Below, piece by piece: positions 23,701 through 35,511 of a DNA stretch of 64,000 nucleotides. Position 1 is the first letter of the stretch. Each line of letters begins with the position of its first letter. Source of the stretch: Lingula anatina (lineage: Eukaryota; Animalia; Brachiopoda); NCBI GenBank assembly GCA_051362555.1, contig CM120642.1:1178001-1242000 (forward strand). The letters run 5' to 3'. The position numbers were made by a program, and so were the translations under genes. Below the pieces are notes generated by a model that saw nothing but the letters and a program-made list of their open reading frames with translations, was not told where the DNA came from and did no database searches.

Positions 23701-25893
23701 AAAGACAAAGAGCGATGATAGGACCTACCAAACTGCAGTACGAGAGCTGAGACACTGGATGATTGAAGGATGTCATCCTAACAGATATTTAGAGAAAGAA
23801 TTGCTCAAAGAAATTTCAGAGTTGTGGGGTCCTAGAAAGGAACCATTTGAGCCTGATATATTGACTGAGATATGTGTTAAACTGAAGAATGGAAAACAAG
23901 AGGAACAAAATGTGTCTTCTTTGCTTGAAGGTGGACTTAAGTTGTGCATTGACAAGTATCCCAAGCAACCTGCCCCCACAGCAGGCTCTGAACCAGCAGA
24001 GAGAGATGATCTTCATGTTTCCCAGCTTAGGACTTGTTTGGAGAAAATACAGTTGGTAAGGGGAAAAAATTGCAGTGCATATTAGCTATTAAGTGATCTA
24101 AATTGTTACTTGTATTACCAATAATATTTTGAAACAAATAAGTATCCCTCATGTTCACTGTAGTGAAAAAAAAAGTACTCTGGCTCAGATTTTTTTTTTC
24201 AATTTTTCCGTGATTGTGTTTGGATTTCAAAATGACCTCTGCATTCAATGTGTTTTTTCATTGCAGTTAGTTTCAGTGTTCTTGATGTTTTTTTTTTTTA
24301 CTTTACAGGCCCCAACCCCCAAAGCAGCCGAGCCAGTCAGTATGCCAGGGGCAGCTGTAGATGTCCCAGAAGTAGTGATGGGATCAAGTCAAACATCACA
24401 GGACGTACTGAAGGAAGCTACTTCAACCTCACAGTCCACCTATAGAGGTGTTGATGAAACCACCCTAGCTGAGTCACAGGTAGCTGTGTGTGTGCATGTG
24501 CTTGTGTGTGTACGCATGCATGTATGTGTCACTGTGAGAGCATGCATGCATGTGTGATATGTGTGTGTGTATGGGTGTGTGTGTTTGAGATAACCTTTAA
24601 TATCTTTATAATAGAACATATTCGTCTATGGTAATTATTCATTCTTTTCATTGGGGGAACATTGTAAATTTTACAGATATTGCACTTTTCAAGTTATAAT
24701 TTCTTAGATTAGAACTTTCCTGTTGAGCGGTAGCAACAAAATTAAAAATCAGGCTACTCTTTAAATTTATTCTGTGTAGTAATAGCACCAGAAATGCTAT
24801 GTAGCAATGAATTTTTTGTGATTATAAAAATATTTATCCAAAAGTTTGATAATTTTGCCCATTGAAAAGATCATGTAATTATGATAGCACTTATTGCTCT
24901 GACATTTTTATTTTTCTTTTTGTTATGTTTATCTTTTTAAACTTTAGACTGTAGCATCTCAGTGAAATATATTATTATTATTCGCAGGCTCTACCCCAAG
25001 CTTTAGACCCTAACTCTGTGAAGACTTCCGTGGTCCAAGAAGAAGGCAGATCATTGGAAGAGAAAGGTGCAGGTATGTTGCCATCAGAGATGCCGCCTAA
25101 TCTCTTGCCTCCAGACAGCAATGAAGATGACACATATAGACCAGCTTCAGCTCAATCTGAATACACATCTTCTTCAGTTCAAGTAGAGCCTCTCACTGAC
25201 ATTGTAAGGACTGGCGACCCAGAGGCACAGGATACTTTTCAACAGGAGAGAAGAGAAGCACGCAACGACACGCTCACTGCTGACAAACCTGCAAAATCTG
25301 AAGAAATACATGAAAAAAATGACAAAGAAATTCAGTGTGATATTTCAACAGAGCCCCCAAGTGACATGATGGGCCAAGTGCCCTCATCTCCCCCTCTGGC
25401 TTATTGCTTCGAGTCCAAACGAGCCAAAAACTTGAAAGGCATGGAGTATGATTTTTTTGTGATGTATTGTGACTCTGATGCAGACTTTGTCAGTTTTCAC
25501 TTACTAACAACCTTAGAGAATTCAAAAGAGTTGAAAGGTTGCATAAAAGACAGGGACTTCATGCCTGGTCAGATAGTGTTGAACTGTGTGACAAACGCAA
25601 TAAAAAATAGCTCAAAAGTCATCGCTGTTATTTCACATGCTTCAGTAAAGGATTCTGATTGGCTCTACGAGATATACTTAGCAATAAAGGAATATAACAA
25701 AAGAGGCAGTTTAGCTCTGCAGTCCTCCAAGCTACCCAGTTCTTATGTTATACCCATCTTGTGTGAGAATGAAGCAGGAGAATTACCCATAATGCCAGAA
25801 GTCTTTGAAGTCTTCGCAGCTGCTAAAGTTCCTTTTGACAGAAAAGATTGTAATTGGGACAAATTGGAAAAAGCTATTCGAGATGATGAATAA
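20794..25893 (+). CDS. TTC22-like TPR protein with C-terminal TIR domain, paralogue B (1087 aa)
   Basis: Exons 20794-20839 (MNDNTIQTQELTLIP-G), 21915-24055, 24309-24479 and 24988-25893 total 3264 nt with an open frame and canonical splice sites. Motifs NLNALASLEYVY, RARCFFEQGYMIAFDV, ILNRYAHF, NWFAF. TIR motifs YDFFVMY, GCIKDRDFMPG, VIAVIS, WLYEI, VIPIL. Confidence 0.9.
21557..21736. mobile_element. Young MITE with perfect TIRs of about 45 bp in the first coding intron of paralogue B
   Basis: tattttctaaaaatctattttctattcgcggtatcttgtgatcac and its exact reverse complement at 21692-21736. Confidence 0.85.
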
Positions 25894-26699
25894 GTTTCTT
25901 TTTTATTGTGGGATTTATTAAATTGGATATTTGTTACAAGATATTGTATAGTTAGATTGACTTTAGAAAACAATGAATTTTACCCTTATTTTTGTGAATG
26001 ATTGCTTAAGTAGTCAGATGAAATTCTAAAAATGATGCATTTAACTTTCATTTTCAGTTGTGATAAATAACTTATATATATCAGTAGTATTCCTTGTTAA
26101 ATCATTTTCCCTCTCCCCCGACCAGCCACCTTTATATGATTCATTCCATCTTACAACACCATCTTATCAAGAAATATGTTAATCATCATAGGAAGTCATT
26201 CTCAGGGCTTGTAATTTATTCCAATCATCATCATCATCATCATCAGACCAGTGCCAGGGTATGGAGTTGGCCATGGAACTTTAGCAGACACCAGATATTT
26301 ATTTACTCATGGTGGTTCTCGACTCTTCTACTGTAACAATGTACAATGACTCCATTTGGCTGAAAAAGGTTCCTCTTGTTGGTAATTTGTTCAGTTTTCT
26401 AAGTCTTCAGCACAAATATTTATACAGGAGCTTAATGTATATATTAATGTTCATTCTGCCATATAAAAATGTGTTCATTATTAAATTATTTTCAATTTTT
26501 AGACATCTCATTCAAATACACTGCAAAGAGCTGTGATCATTTGAAAATTACTTACTGGAATATTGAGACATAAATACAGACTACACGTCCAAGAGATGCA
26601 GTTTGATACCGTTAAAGTTACAGACACATCAGGAAAGAAAAGTAGGAAATCTGTCTTAGGTAATTTTTTGAAAGTTTTACTTTTTTTTTTATTTATTTA

Positions 26700-27480
26700 A
26701 TTTTTGCACATATTAGCATTTTCAAGGTATGACTTTGAACTTCCATGGGCTTCAAGACCTTTGCCAGTCACATTTTCTGATTATTCATTACATTTTTATT
26801 TTATTATAAAAAATTGATGGTGATTATGCTGTTAAGCATTATGTAATATTGCACCAAAATGGAAGAAAACCCTGTTTTGGGCACTGCCCCCATAGTGACC
26901 ATTAAAGAAAAAACAATTCTTTACTCTTGTTAAACTTACAGGAAAGAAACACTGTACTAAAATTGAGCCTGAGTTGGATAAGCCGTCTAATTGGCTTCTT
27001 TTTCTGGGAGTTATACATTTTTGTGAAATTTTTTTCTTTCACATATTGGCATGTTTATTGTGGGACTTAGAACTCCCATGGGCATGAAGCCCAGTGGTAA
27101 TCAATTTTCTAAATGTCCATGTTATTAATATCAGATAATTAAAAATGGTGGTAATTATACAGTTAATCATTATGTAATATCGCATTAGAATTGACAAAAA
27201 AAAAATACTTTGTGCACTGCCACCACAAACGTTAAGAGAAGAACACCGTGTTACTTATTATTTTCTTAACTTACAAGAATAATTCTTAGGACTGGCATAC
27301 AGCTCAAATTAGAAAACAAGGTCTGTTGGATTATCTTTTTTTATTGAATTCATGCAATTTTTTGTGAAAGTTTCATTTTTCTCATTCTGTCATTTTCTAA
27401 GTGTGAACTTAAATTGTTATCGGCCTGAAGCCTTACGCTTTTACTTTCAACAACACTAGGTGTGCATAATTTTAATTTTA
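26700..27480. repeat. Degenerate tandem repeat, period about 340 bp, 2-2.5 copies
   Basis: gactttgaacttccatgggcttcaag (about 26731) matches gacttagaactcccatgggcatgaag (about 27064), with a weaker copy near 27405. The atggtg..attat..gttaa.cattatgtaatat.gca block recurs about 330 bp apart. Confidence 0.6.
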
Positions 27481-29162
27481 AATTTTAAAAATTTAGATGC
27501 TGACTTTTCAGTTAAGTATAATATTGTATTATTCCATCAGAATTGACAGTATTCTACAATATTTTGTGCATTATTTTTTTCTGCTTTTTGTCTGTACATT
27601 TGGCAGCTTTGCTGTCTTGTTATCATATTGTATTGAGAAGTTAGATCAGGTCAGTTCAGAAGAACAACCAAGATCTTGGAAATTGTGCTATTTAATGTGG
27701 GATATTTTTGTATGTGAAGGTGCTACAACTTGAAATAAAAAGTTTGTTGATAAATTTTCTCTTAACATGTTTTATGTCATCCTTTAACTTGAGACTAATT
27801 TGCTTAGCGTTAACATCTTTTAGAGCGGATGACAATGTGAAATTTGAAGATATTAAGATAAGCAGGTTGGATAGAAAACGTACGTATACCGAGCTTTGTA
27901 CGTTCATTTTATTGAAGTGTTACTATAACATTTTCTAATTCAACAAAATCTATAACATTTTCTAGCTAATTCAACGAAAGAGTAAAAATTTGTGAGCAAC
28001 AACCATATTTCATCTGGAAAGTTTTGATTCATCTGCTTTCCGAGTGACTAATTTCGTAGCATCCAAATGTTAAGTTGACACAATGAGTCGCGCTGTGTTA
28101 GCGAGGGTGTTTTTACTGTAATATTTTAGGCAGAAGGATGGTGATTGCTCGGTTTTATCTAGTTTTGCTTATTTTACTGATTTTCTGTCTTGACAGGAGG
28201 GTACATGTACCCTTTCAGATATGGCAGGGGTGGGGGGGGCACAATATGGTAGTGACAGGGCGACGGCTGTGTATCCGACTGTTGTGTAGATGTCCGGGAA
28301 GTGAGGTCACCGTCAGGTCGGTGACGTCACCAGTCTGTATATAGCCATTAAAGGAAATAACCTGGTTAAAGCCCTCTCTTTGGATCCTGTTCAATCGTTT
28401 TGATGCGAGTGAACTTTGAGTTATGTTACTTGAAATATTAGACAACATCCGGGAAAGAGCTTAAATAGGCCTATGCCGTAAAATTTTTCTCTCTCTCTCT
28501 CCTAAATGTTTTATTTAATTTTATTTCTTGTCATCTAAAGACGTTATAAAGTAACTATAACACTGCCTTCCTACATTCAATCAAAAATTTATTTTCCTGA
28601 TAAATGCAAAGAGCTGTGAATGGTAAATTGTGTCCTGGCCATTATTTTTCAACTGATATGGTAAACTTTTGAATAGCATATTGTTTGACATTTGAGATTT
28701 ATTTCCAAAGTAAAGTAAAGAAAAGTAAAGAGTATACTACATTCCAACTTAGTAAAGGTGCTTTTCGCAAATTTTGGTAACTGAAGCGTACGTGTTTAAA
28801 ATAGAGGATGATGTTAACTCACGTAGTTACAGGTATGACATGAATGGTTATAATAAAGTACAGGTACGTGTGTTTTGTGATACAATGACTGAGGAAAGAA
28901 GATTGATAAAGTTTAGCATATATAAATAGATAAAATAAAGTATAGCATATATAAATAGATAAAATACTGACTCTTCAAACATGCGCGTTTTTAGTGGCTT
29001 CAAATATTGTTCTTCATGCCATATTATACATGTTTGCATTAACTATCTGAATACATGCTGAACGCGTTGGCGGGAAATTATCTCATGAAATTAAACAGAA
29101 AAAAACGCAGATGACGTAAGTCTTCACAGAAAGTCATCTTAATGTCATCGCATTAATGCCAT

Positions 29163-30677
29163 CTACACAGACGATCCCGTGGGGTCGACGAGGCGACCCA
29201 TGAATAATATGGCGCCAGTGGTCTTCTCTCTTATCAGGAAAATGAAGGGATGATCCGCATTGAAGAGAGGGGGACTCATCATGGAGCGCACCGAGGCCAC
29301 TGCAGCGGTGGCTGCCGCCGCCTCCGTCCCCTTCTCATCTACTGCAATAAAAGCCTCGTGAACAGCCGCTGAAATATAGAGACCATTCGCTTGGATGGCA
29401 ATACCGGATAGATCAGCCCTGGAACGCTCGAAGACGTCCACCATCCCCATCTCGTTCAAGGGTCGCTTCAAGTTGACCTTCATATTCTTGAGAGTAAACT
29501 TGGGCAGATGCACGTCAAGAGTGATGTTTGTTAGTCCCGACAGAGCCTGGTTCACACCACCGGGTAAACTTAGTTTCTTCTCAACTTCCAGATAGTCATC
29601 GAACACCTCGGGCAGAATGATGAACATGCTGGCATCGCCGCTGTACGGTACCTCAAGTATCCTGCTGTTCAGCTCACGGCTAAATTTGTAATTAAAGCTT
29701 CCGCGTTGATACATCATCTTTGTACTTTTTTCGACAAACGGTCTGGACCCTGACACAGGCTGGTACCAGATTTTCAATTCAGTTGCTCTTTCGTCAAATT
29801 GCCGCTTCCAAGTGCCTTTGAAGTAAATAGCGTTGACGAGAACCATCACAGTGTTTTGGTTTATCAACGAGGGCGGAAGCAAGTTCTTGATCTTCGACTG
29901 GGTTTGCTCCTCTACAAATCTGTTGATGATGTTAGCGGCTGCAACGGGGTTCCGGAAATCCACTCCCCGAAGTGAAGCATTAAAGATGGACTCACAGAGC
30001 CGTAGATAAGTTGTACGGAACGAGTAAGACGGGTTTGCAAACAGCCTGTTGGCCGCCCGTAGTATGTATGTCCTTTCCTCACCGAACAAAATTCCGTTCA
30101 AGGCCTGGAGACCCGCGTTCTTTTCTGGCAAAGTCTTCAGCGAAAGCACGGTTTCCATTTCATCTTTTGTATTTCCATTTGCCCCTAAAGAAACCATAGA
30201 CATAACGGTGGCAATACTCAGTGGACTAAAGAACAGGTTCTCTGCAGGTTTTTCTTTGGCCAGGGTGTCGAAGAGCTTGGAGGAAAATCTATTAAAGGCT
30301 TGAGCCGCGTCCCGCGCTTTGGTTAGACTTTGGGAAGTACCCATAGTTGGGAGATTACTTCCTGGTTGTTTCCTCAGTCCACTGAAGTCCAGACTAGGGC
30401 GGTAAGGTGTAGGACTTCCTGTGGTGGGTTGAACCGGCTTGTTGCCTGCTTGGCTGGAACCTTGGCCCGATGAGGACGAAGATGAAGACGAAGATGAAGA
30501 CGAAGATGAAGACGAGAAGGTCTGGTCTACGTTGTCGCAGACGCTGTGGGCCGCCGCGCAGGTCGCCTGCGCCATTTGGCGGCAGACACTGGACACCGAC
30601 CCCTGCCCGCTGGTCACTTTACTGACTAATACAAAACAACAGAGGGCGACGGGGAGCACCGCATGGACTGACCACAT
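29163..30677 (-). CDS. Secreted inhibitory serpin (P1 Arg) with a Cys/poly-Ser N-terminal extension; intronless CDS, 504 aa
   Basis: Signal peptide MWSVHAVLPVALCCFVLVSKVTSG. Serpin motifs NLFFSPLSI, LVNAIYFKGTW, LPKF, hinge EKGTEAAAAT and signature FNADHPFIFLIRE. Counting from P17 Glu gives P1-P1' = Arg-Ser. Confidence 0.96.
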   Translation of the reverse strand: MWSVHAVLPVALCCFVLVSKVTSGQGSVSSVCRQMAQATCAAAHSVCDNVDQTFSSSSSSSSSSSSSSSSGQGSSQAGNKPVQPTTGSPTPYRPSLDFSGLRKQPGSNLPTMGTSQSLTKARDAAQAFNRFSSKLFDTLAKEKPAENLFFSPLSIATVMSMVSLGANGNTKDEMETVLSLKTLPEKNAGLQALNGILFGEERTYILRAANRLFANPSYSFRTTYLRLCESIFNASLRGVDFRNPVAAANIINRFVEEQTQSKIKNLLPPSLINQNTVMVLVNAIYFKGTWKRQFDERATELKIWYQPVSGSRPFVEKSTKMMYQRGSFNYKFSRELNSRILEVPYSGDASMFIILPEVFDDYLEVEKKLSLPGGVNQALSGLTNITLDVHLPKFTLKNMKVNLKRPLNEMGMVDVFERSRADLSGIAIQANGLYISAAVHEAFIAVDEKGTEAAAATAAVASVRSMMSPPLFNADHPFIFLIREKTTGAILFMGRLVDPTGSSV

Positions 30678-30899
30678 CTTTCCTAATTAAGGCACTGAAA
30701 CGAGAAGGTGAAATATTAGAAATATTATGAAGGATGAATTTAATATACTGCATTTATTGTTTCTTATATCGCATTTTGAACTATCATACAGAAGAGCATT
30801 TTGGTTGTTGTTGTCGAATCATGTCATCTTTAAAGACAATGTTTCACGTAATGACCTTCAATACGTAGTCTCTTTGCCCGATCTCTTTAAGCCCCCATC

Positions 30900-31160
30900 C
30901 CCCAATTTCAACCCACCACAGAGCTATCGAGTCAGTGCCTCCCCCCATCCGACCCCACCACAAAACTCCCAAGCCAGTGACCCCCCCTCCGCCTCCACCA
31001 CAGAACTACCAAGCCAGTGTCCCCCCCCCCCATCCACCCCCATCACAAAACTACCAAGCCAGTGCCCCCCCCCACCACAAAACTACCAAGCCAGTCCCCC
31101 CCCCCCCCCACCATACGCCCCCACCACAAAACTGCAAAGCTAGTGGCCTCCCCTCCCAGT
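30900..31160. repeat. C-rich degenerate minisatellite (unit about 30-40 bp)
   Basis: Repeated ccaccacaaaactaccaagccagt followed by poly-C. Confidence 0.8.
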
Positions 31161-31622
31161 CGTTCATTGTTACAGTCATATAAAAGAAGCCTTGCCTATT
31201 AGTCAGCTACGAAGCGGATTTGGATTTTTGATCATGAAAAGAGGTCAGACGAACATACAGCCATTGCAAGTGCTACGTTATAAAAAAAACGACTGCAGAG
31301 GCAGATGGTCTAAAAATTGGTATTTGAATGGTTTCTCTGGACATTTTATCCAATATATAGACCCGAGGTATTCCACCATTTGCAGTGGAATGAATTATAT
31401 TTAAACGCGGCTTAATTACATTTAAAACAAGGATTATACAGCATCTGACTCGTGCACTGAAGGCTACAGTGTATGCCTCTGCATCAAGCAACTGTCAGTG
31501 TGTGAAATAAGACATTAAAAATCTTTGTTAAAAACCTAAACCTGTTGGCACATTCTGTACGACATCAGCCACACACCCCCCCCCCACTCCCCCACCCCCT
31601 CCCTCGATACCCAGTACGCCTA

Positions 31623-31690
31623 CCTTGCTGTGGATAACCACACTACTGACTCGCTCAGCTTGTAGCAGTGTTCGCAGCACTGATATATAT
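31623..31690 (-). promoter_or_regulatory. Possible core promoter and non-coding first exon of the serpin
   Basis: Minus strand shows a TATA-like ATATATAT (about 31683-31690), an Inr-like TCAGT (about 31647-31651) and a donor AAG|GTAGGC at about 31623. An acceptor ttctcgtttcag lies just upstream of the serpin ATG. Confidence 0.4.
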
Positions 31691-34017
31691 TGTGAGTTCA
31701 GGAGAACCAGTGAGATTTATAAGTATAAGCACACGAATTTTGTTGTCAACAGGATGCGTTTGTTCTGAGTGGTTTATAGTAACATTTCCTGTAAACCCGG
31801 ATGTAGCGAAACCGACCACTCATGGTTACTATCCTATACACACAGAAGAAAGTGGCCTTCCAGAAAAATGTGAATATTGAGTCACTTTTGTGACGCACTT
31901 ATTTTGTTTAATGTTTTGATAATTGCTTTGCATCACTTTACTTACTGAGTCTGTTCAATTCTTTCCATATAAGAGGAAAATATAGCATAAAGGAATAAAA
32001 ACGAAAAAAATGGGGAAAGTCAAAATCATTTAATGTGCGTCATAGAAGTTAGTTAAATATTCACTTTAAAATTTTGTCGAATAACTCATAATATCCATAC
32101 TCTACTCTATACCAGCAACTATCTGGGCGATGGCGGTATTTTTTTCCATAAATTCTCAGTTCAGAAATCTGCACATCAATTAATATGTAGAAGGCCCCGC
32201 AGCCCCAGTATTGAGGCCAGGCGGACTTACAGCACATGCTCCTCCGCCCACTGGTTTCTTCTCTTGTTTTGTCGGGTTGATTTTTTTTTTCTTGAGCGAC
32301 TTCTAAAAATTAAAACAGGACGTCACTCATTGTTATGAATTTCTCAACATCACAGTTCAAATGAATCCGTCGTGATGCATTAAATAGAAGCTTATATCCT
32401 TTTGTACGCTTCTTAAATTATTTCCTTTTAGGGAGTGGTTAAAATCAAACACAACCCCACCTCCCTTTATCTAAGCCCATAAACCTAGAAATATTGTCTT
32501 AAACTTTTTTCTAGGTTTTATATGTACTTGATTTTATTTTACTCTGGTGAAAATTGTCTCCGCACGATCATCCTTTTTATGCCCAGACGATTCTTCTGTA
32601 AAGAAGAAAGGTCTCCTCCGCGCTCTAATCCAGAGCTATATTACCATGCTAATTATTCTGTGTTTGTGCGTTTTATCTTTTTATTTAAACGTTTTCATGT
32701 TAAACCATCTTTCACTTTTGTGTAATCCTTTGTTTCATTCATGCTGAAGCTAACATCAGTTAAAACCTTATAAAATCAAATTGATTTTTTTTCTTTTTTT
32801 TTTTTTTTTTGTATTTTTTAAAACCGCCAGCCTGTATAAAACTCCTTTGCCCGATTTCGCCACGCCTAAGCTAACAATAGAGAGTAAAATTATAAATATC
32901 TCAAGTACCCGGAGGTCCGGTCTGGAAAAGCTGATAGTCGTCGCTATTATTGGACCTACGCTTTCAGCGATACAGAACAACTGTATTGTGGCCTTTCAAA
33001 TAAAAATACTTTCGGTATGTACGATTTCCTTTTTTGAATTACGTGTCAGAGTCACGGTCCATGAAAAAATGAAACAAATACCTTCGCAATTTTCTTGGTG
33101 TTTGCTACATTTTCATATTAAGTAAACAGTTTGATGTAAGTGTCTTGGCAATGAATTGTTCCACCCAGCCGAAAATAGATCCAGCTGCGCTTTATATAGA
33201 TATATTTCAGAGAACCGTTTTGTTTCAAGGAGGCGTAATGTGAACAATCTCAGTATAAACTAAGACACAGGAAACGTTTCGTACGTCTTTAAGCTTGGTA
33301 TAAAACTTTGAGAGTGTGAGAACAATGGCTGTGATGTCACATCCGGGTATTAACGAGATCAATAAAGAATTCTTCTTTTTGAGATGGTAGACCTTAGTTT
33401 TAACGATGGGTCCAAGTTTGAATAGGATCGAAAGAACTGCCTTTGGATTAGAAAATGAATTCAGTGAATTAAAATTCGATCAAGGTTGTATGTCATTTCT
33501 TAAGTTGGGTGAACTGAAGAGGAAAAAAGTTTAGTTTTTCAGAATAAGAAACCCCTTTGCATGTGCGAGTTCTTGTTCACGGGCTTTCTTGTGCTTGTCA
33601 ACATAGCGGTGTCTCTATTAATGCTGCCTGATAAACCAGATCTTTGTTTAGATGTCGAAGAACTGAACTAACAGTCCTTAATCACAACTGTGAAGATCCG
33701 TTATCTTCCCGCGTTACAACATACACCGATATATGCCTTAATTCTACTCAATGATGCATGGGAATTGTTAAGCTCCATGCCTGGGTAACATGTCGCTTAT
33801 CCTTACATGAGTCAGTAGAATTTCGATCACCCGGAAAACATTTGAAAAATCTACAAAATCCGAATTTCTTCCGAAGAACTTCGAAGACAACTCCCCCCTC
33901 CCCTCCCCAAAGAATGGCATTCCTGTAATGTTGACTGAAGTCAGCTATCATTTGCTATGAAAGGCTGCTATTCTATACTTCAGGTTCAGGTTCTTACTAT
34001 ACTGTGTGTCTTTGGCT

Positions 34018-34217
34018 GCATTCACAACCAAACTTGATTCGCCGACTAACAGATCCGCGGATCAAATATGGCCGACCCACTTGAAAGTTTGGCGCGTAAT
34101 CCCGAGCGAGGAATCTTTTTAGTGTCTGTTAGGGGATTATGTGACAAGCTTTCAAGTGGGTTAGTCATATTTGATCTGTTCGATGTGTTAGTCCGCGGAC
34201 CAACATGTTCTGAATGC
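34018..34217. mobile_element. Palindromic MITE, third copy of the family
   Basis: gatcaaatatggccgacccacttgaaag pairs with ctttcaagtgggttagtcatatttgatc; ends gcattca...tgaatgc. Confidence 0.75.
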
Positions 34218-35087
34218 GTCCTTTATAACTAACTAAGCCGGCATCCTGGCTTATGATAGTTTTTTAGTTCTTTGAAAACTCCGAAGTGAAGAAATAACAT
34301 AAAAATCACTGGTGCATTCGTGGGAGAGGGGATTCTACCTCTTTGCCCCCCCCCCCTCCCCACCGCATAGCAACCCCACAGTATCTATACAAATAAAGTC
34401 TGCGTGCCCGTAGGCAGGTGGGGTCTGGGGATCAAAAATCTATTGGTCGGAAATGATTAATTTTTAATCATTTTTTATGCAGGATCCAGGCCATTTCTCA
34501 ATTTGGGTCAGGTAAAGGGGTAAAAAGGTTCTGTCTTTCAGAAAGAGAATCCCCTCCCTTTAAAAATGGTAGCTTGATTAGGGGATTAATATCTATCAAG
34601 GGTAAAGTTAACTCGATGCAACTTGTCATATTTGTCCTGCTGTGGCGCGTTTTCTGTTTTGCACTGTGATATTCCATCCGTTGATCTGCATATTTAATTT
34701 TCCGAGAAAATGGTAACTTTGTGAAGTGTCACGCTGCACTGAAGACAAGCAGGTTTGTATCTGTTTGCAGTAGGACCCGCCCTCTACATAGCTCCTTGAT
34801 TGACGTAAACTATGCGACGACCCTGGATTGCAAGATGTCCAATAATTATGACTGCGATTAATGATTAACTATAATAAATCAAATATTAAGAAAAACATCT
34901 CAGTGTCTTCTTAGTAGTATGTATTATTGTAATGTCAGGGACGGTTTACACACCCCTACCTCTTTCCCATTACTATGTGATATTAATTTGGACCTTACCC
35001 CTTCACCGCGATAACCCGGCCCTGATATAACTGGTCGCACACCTAGCTGGTGAGATTAGAGACAACTGACTTCAGGGACATATCATC

Positions 35088-35467
35088 ATGAAGCTGTCCC
35101 TTGTGGCATGTGTTTTACTTTTGTTAGGCTATGGTGAGTATCCAAATTATTTCTTATTCGTGTCTTGTCGTTAATGGACCTTTCTAAAAATCATCCTTTT
35201 AAATTGCAATCTTAATTTTTCTATTTAATTCCAGTTTAATTTACTTTATTTTAACCTTTTAGTGGTCTTGAAATTTAAAGATGTCTTTATATTTGATAAA
35301 AAATGAGCAGTTGCGGTGGTTTGTGGTGCTTTAAGTTATCCCAGAAGAAAAAGGTAATAAACAAGCTTTATGTTTTCCTTGAAAATTTACCCACGCACAT
35401 GGCAAAGTTAATTTTGTTGGATAGTTTTCATGCTCGAAAAGATCAGTTATTTAGTCATTTAACATAA

Positions 35468-35511
<44 letters not shown>

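Noticed and set aside
23993-24010. TRAF6-type motif PAERDD (PxExxD) in the paralogue B linker
   Set aside because: It is a short motif likely to occur by chance in acidic, Pro-rich sequence and has no clear counterpart in paralogue A.
30727-31202. Pro-rich, extensin-like ORFs in three frames
   Set aside because: They are translations of a C-rich minisatellite; being open in all frames argues against coding.
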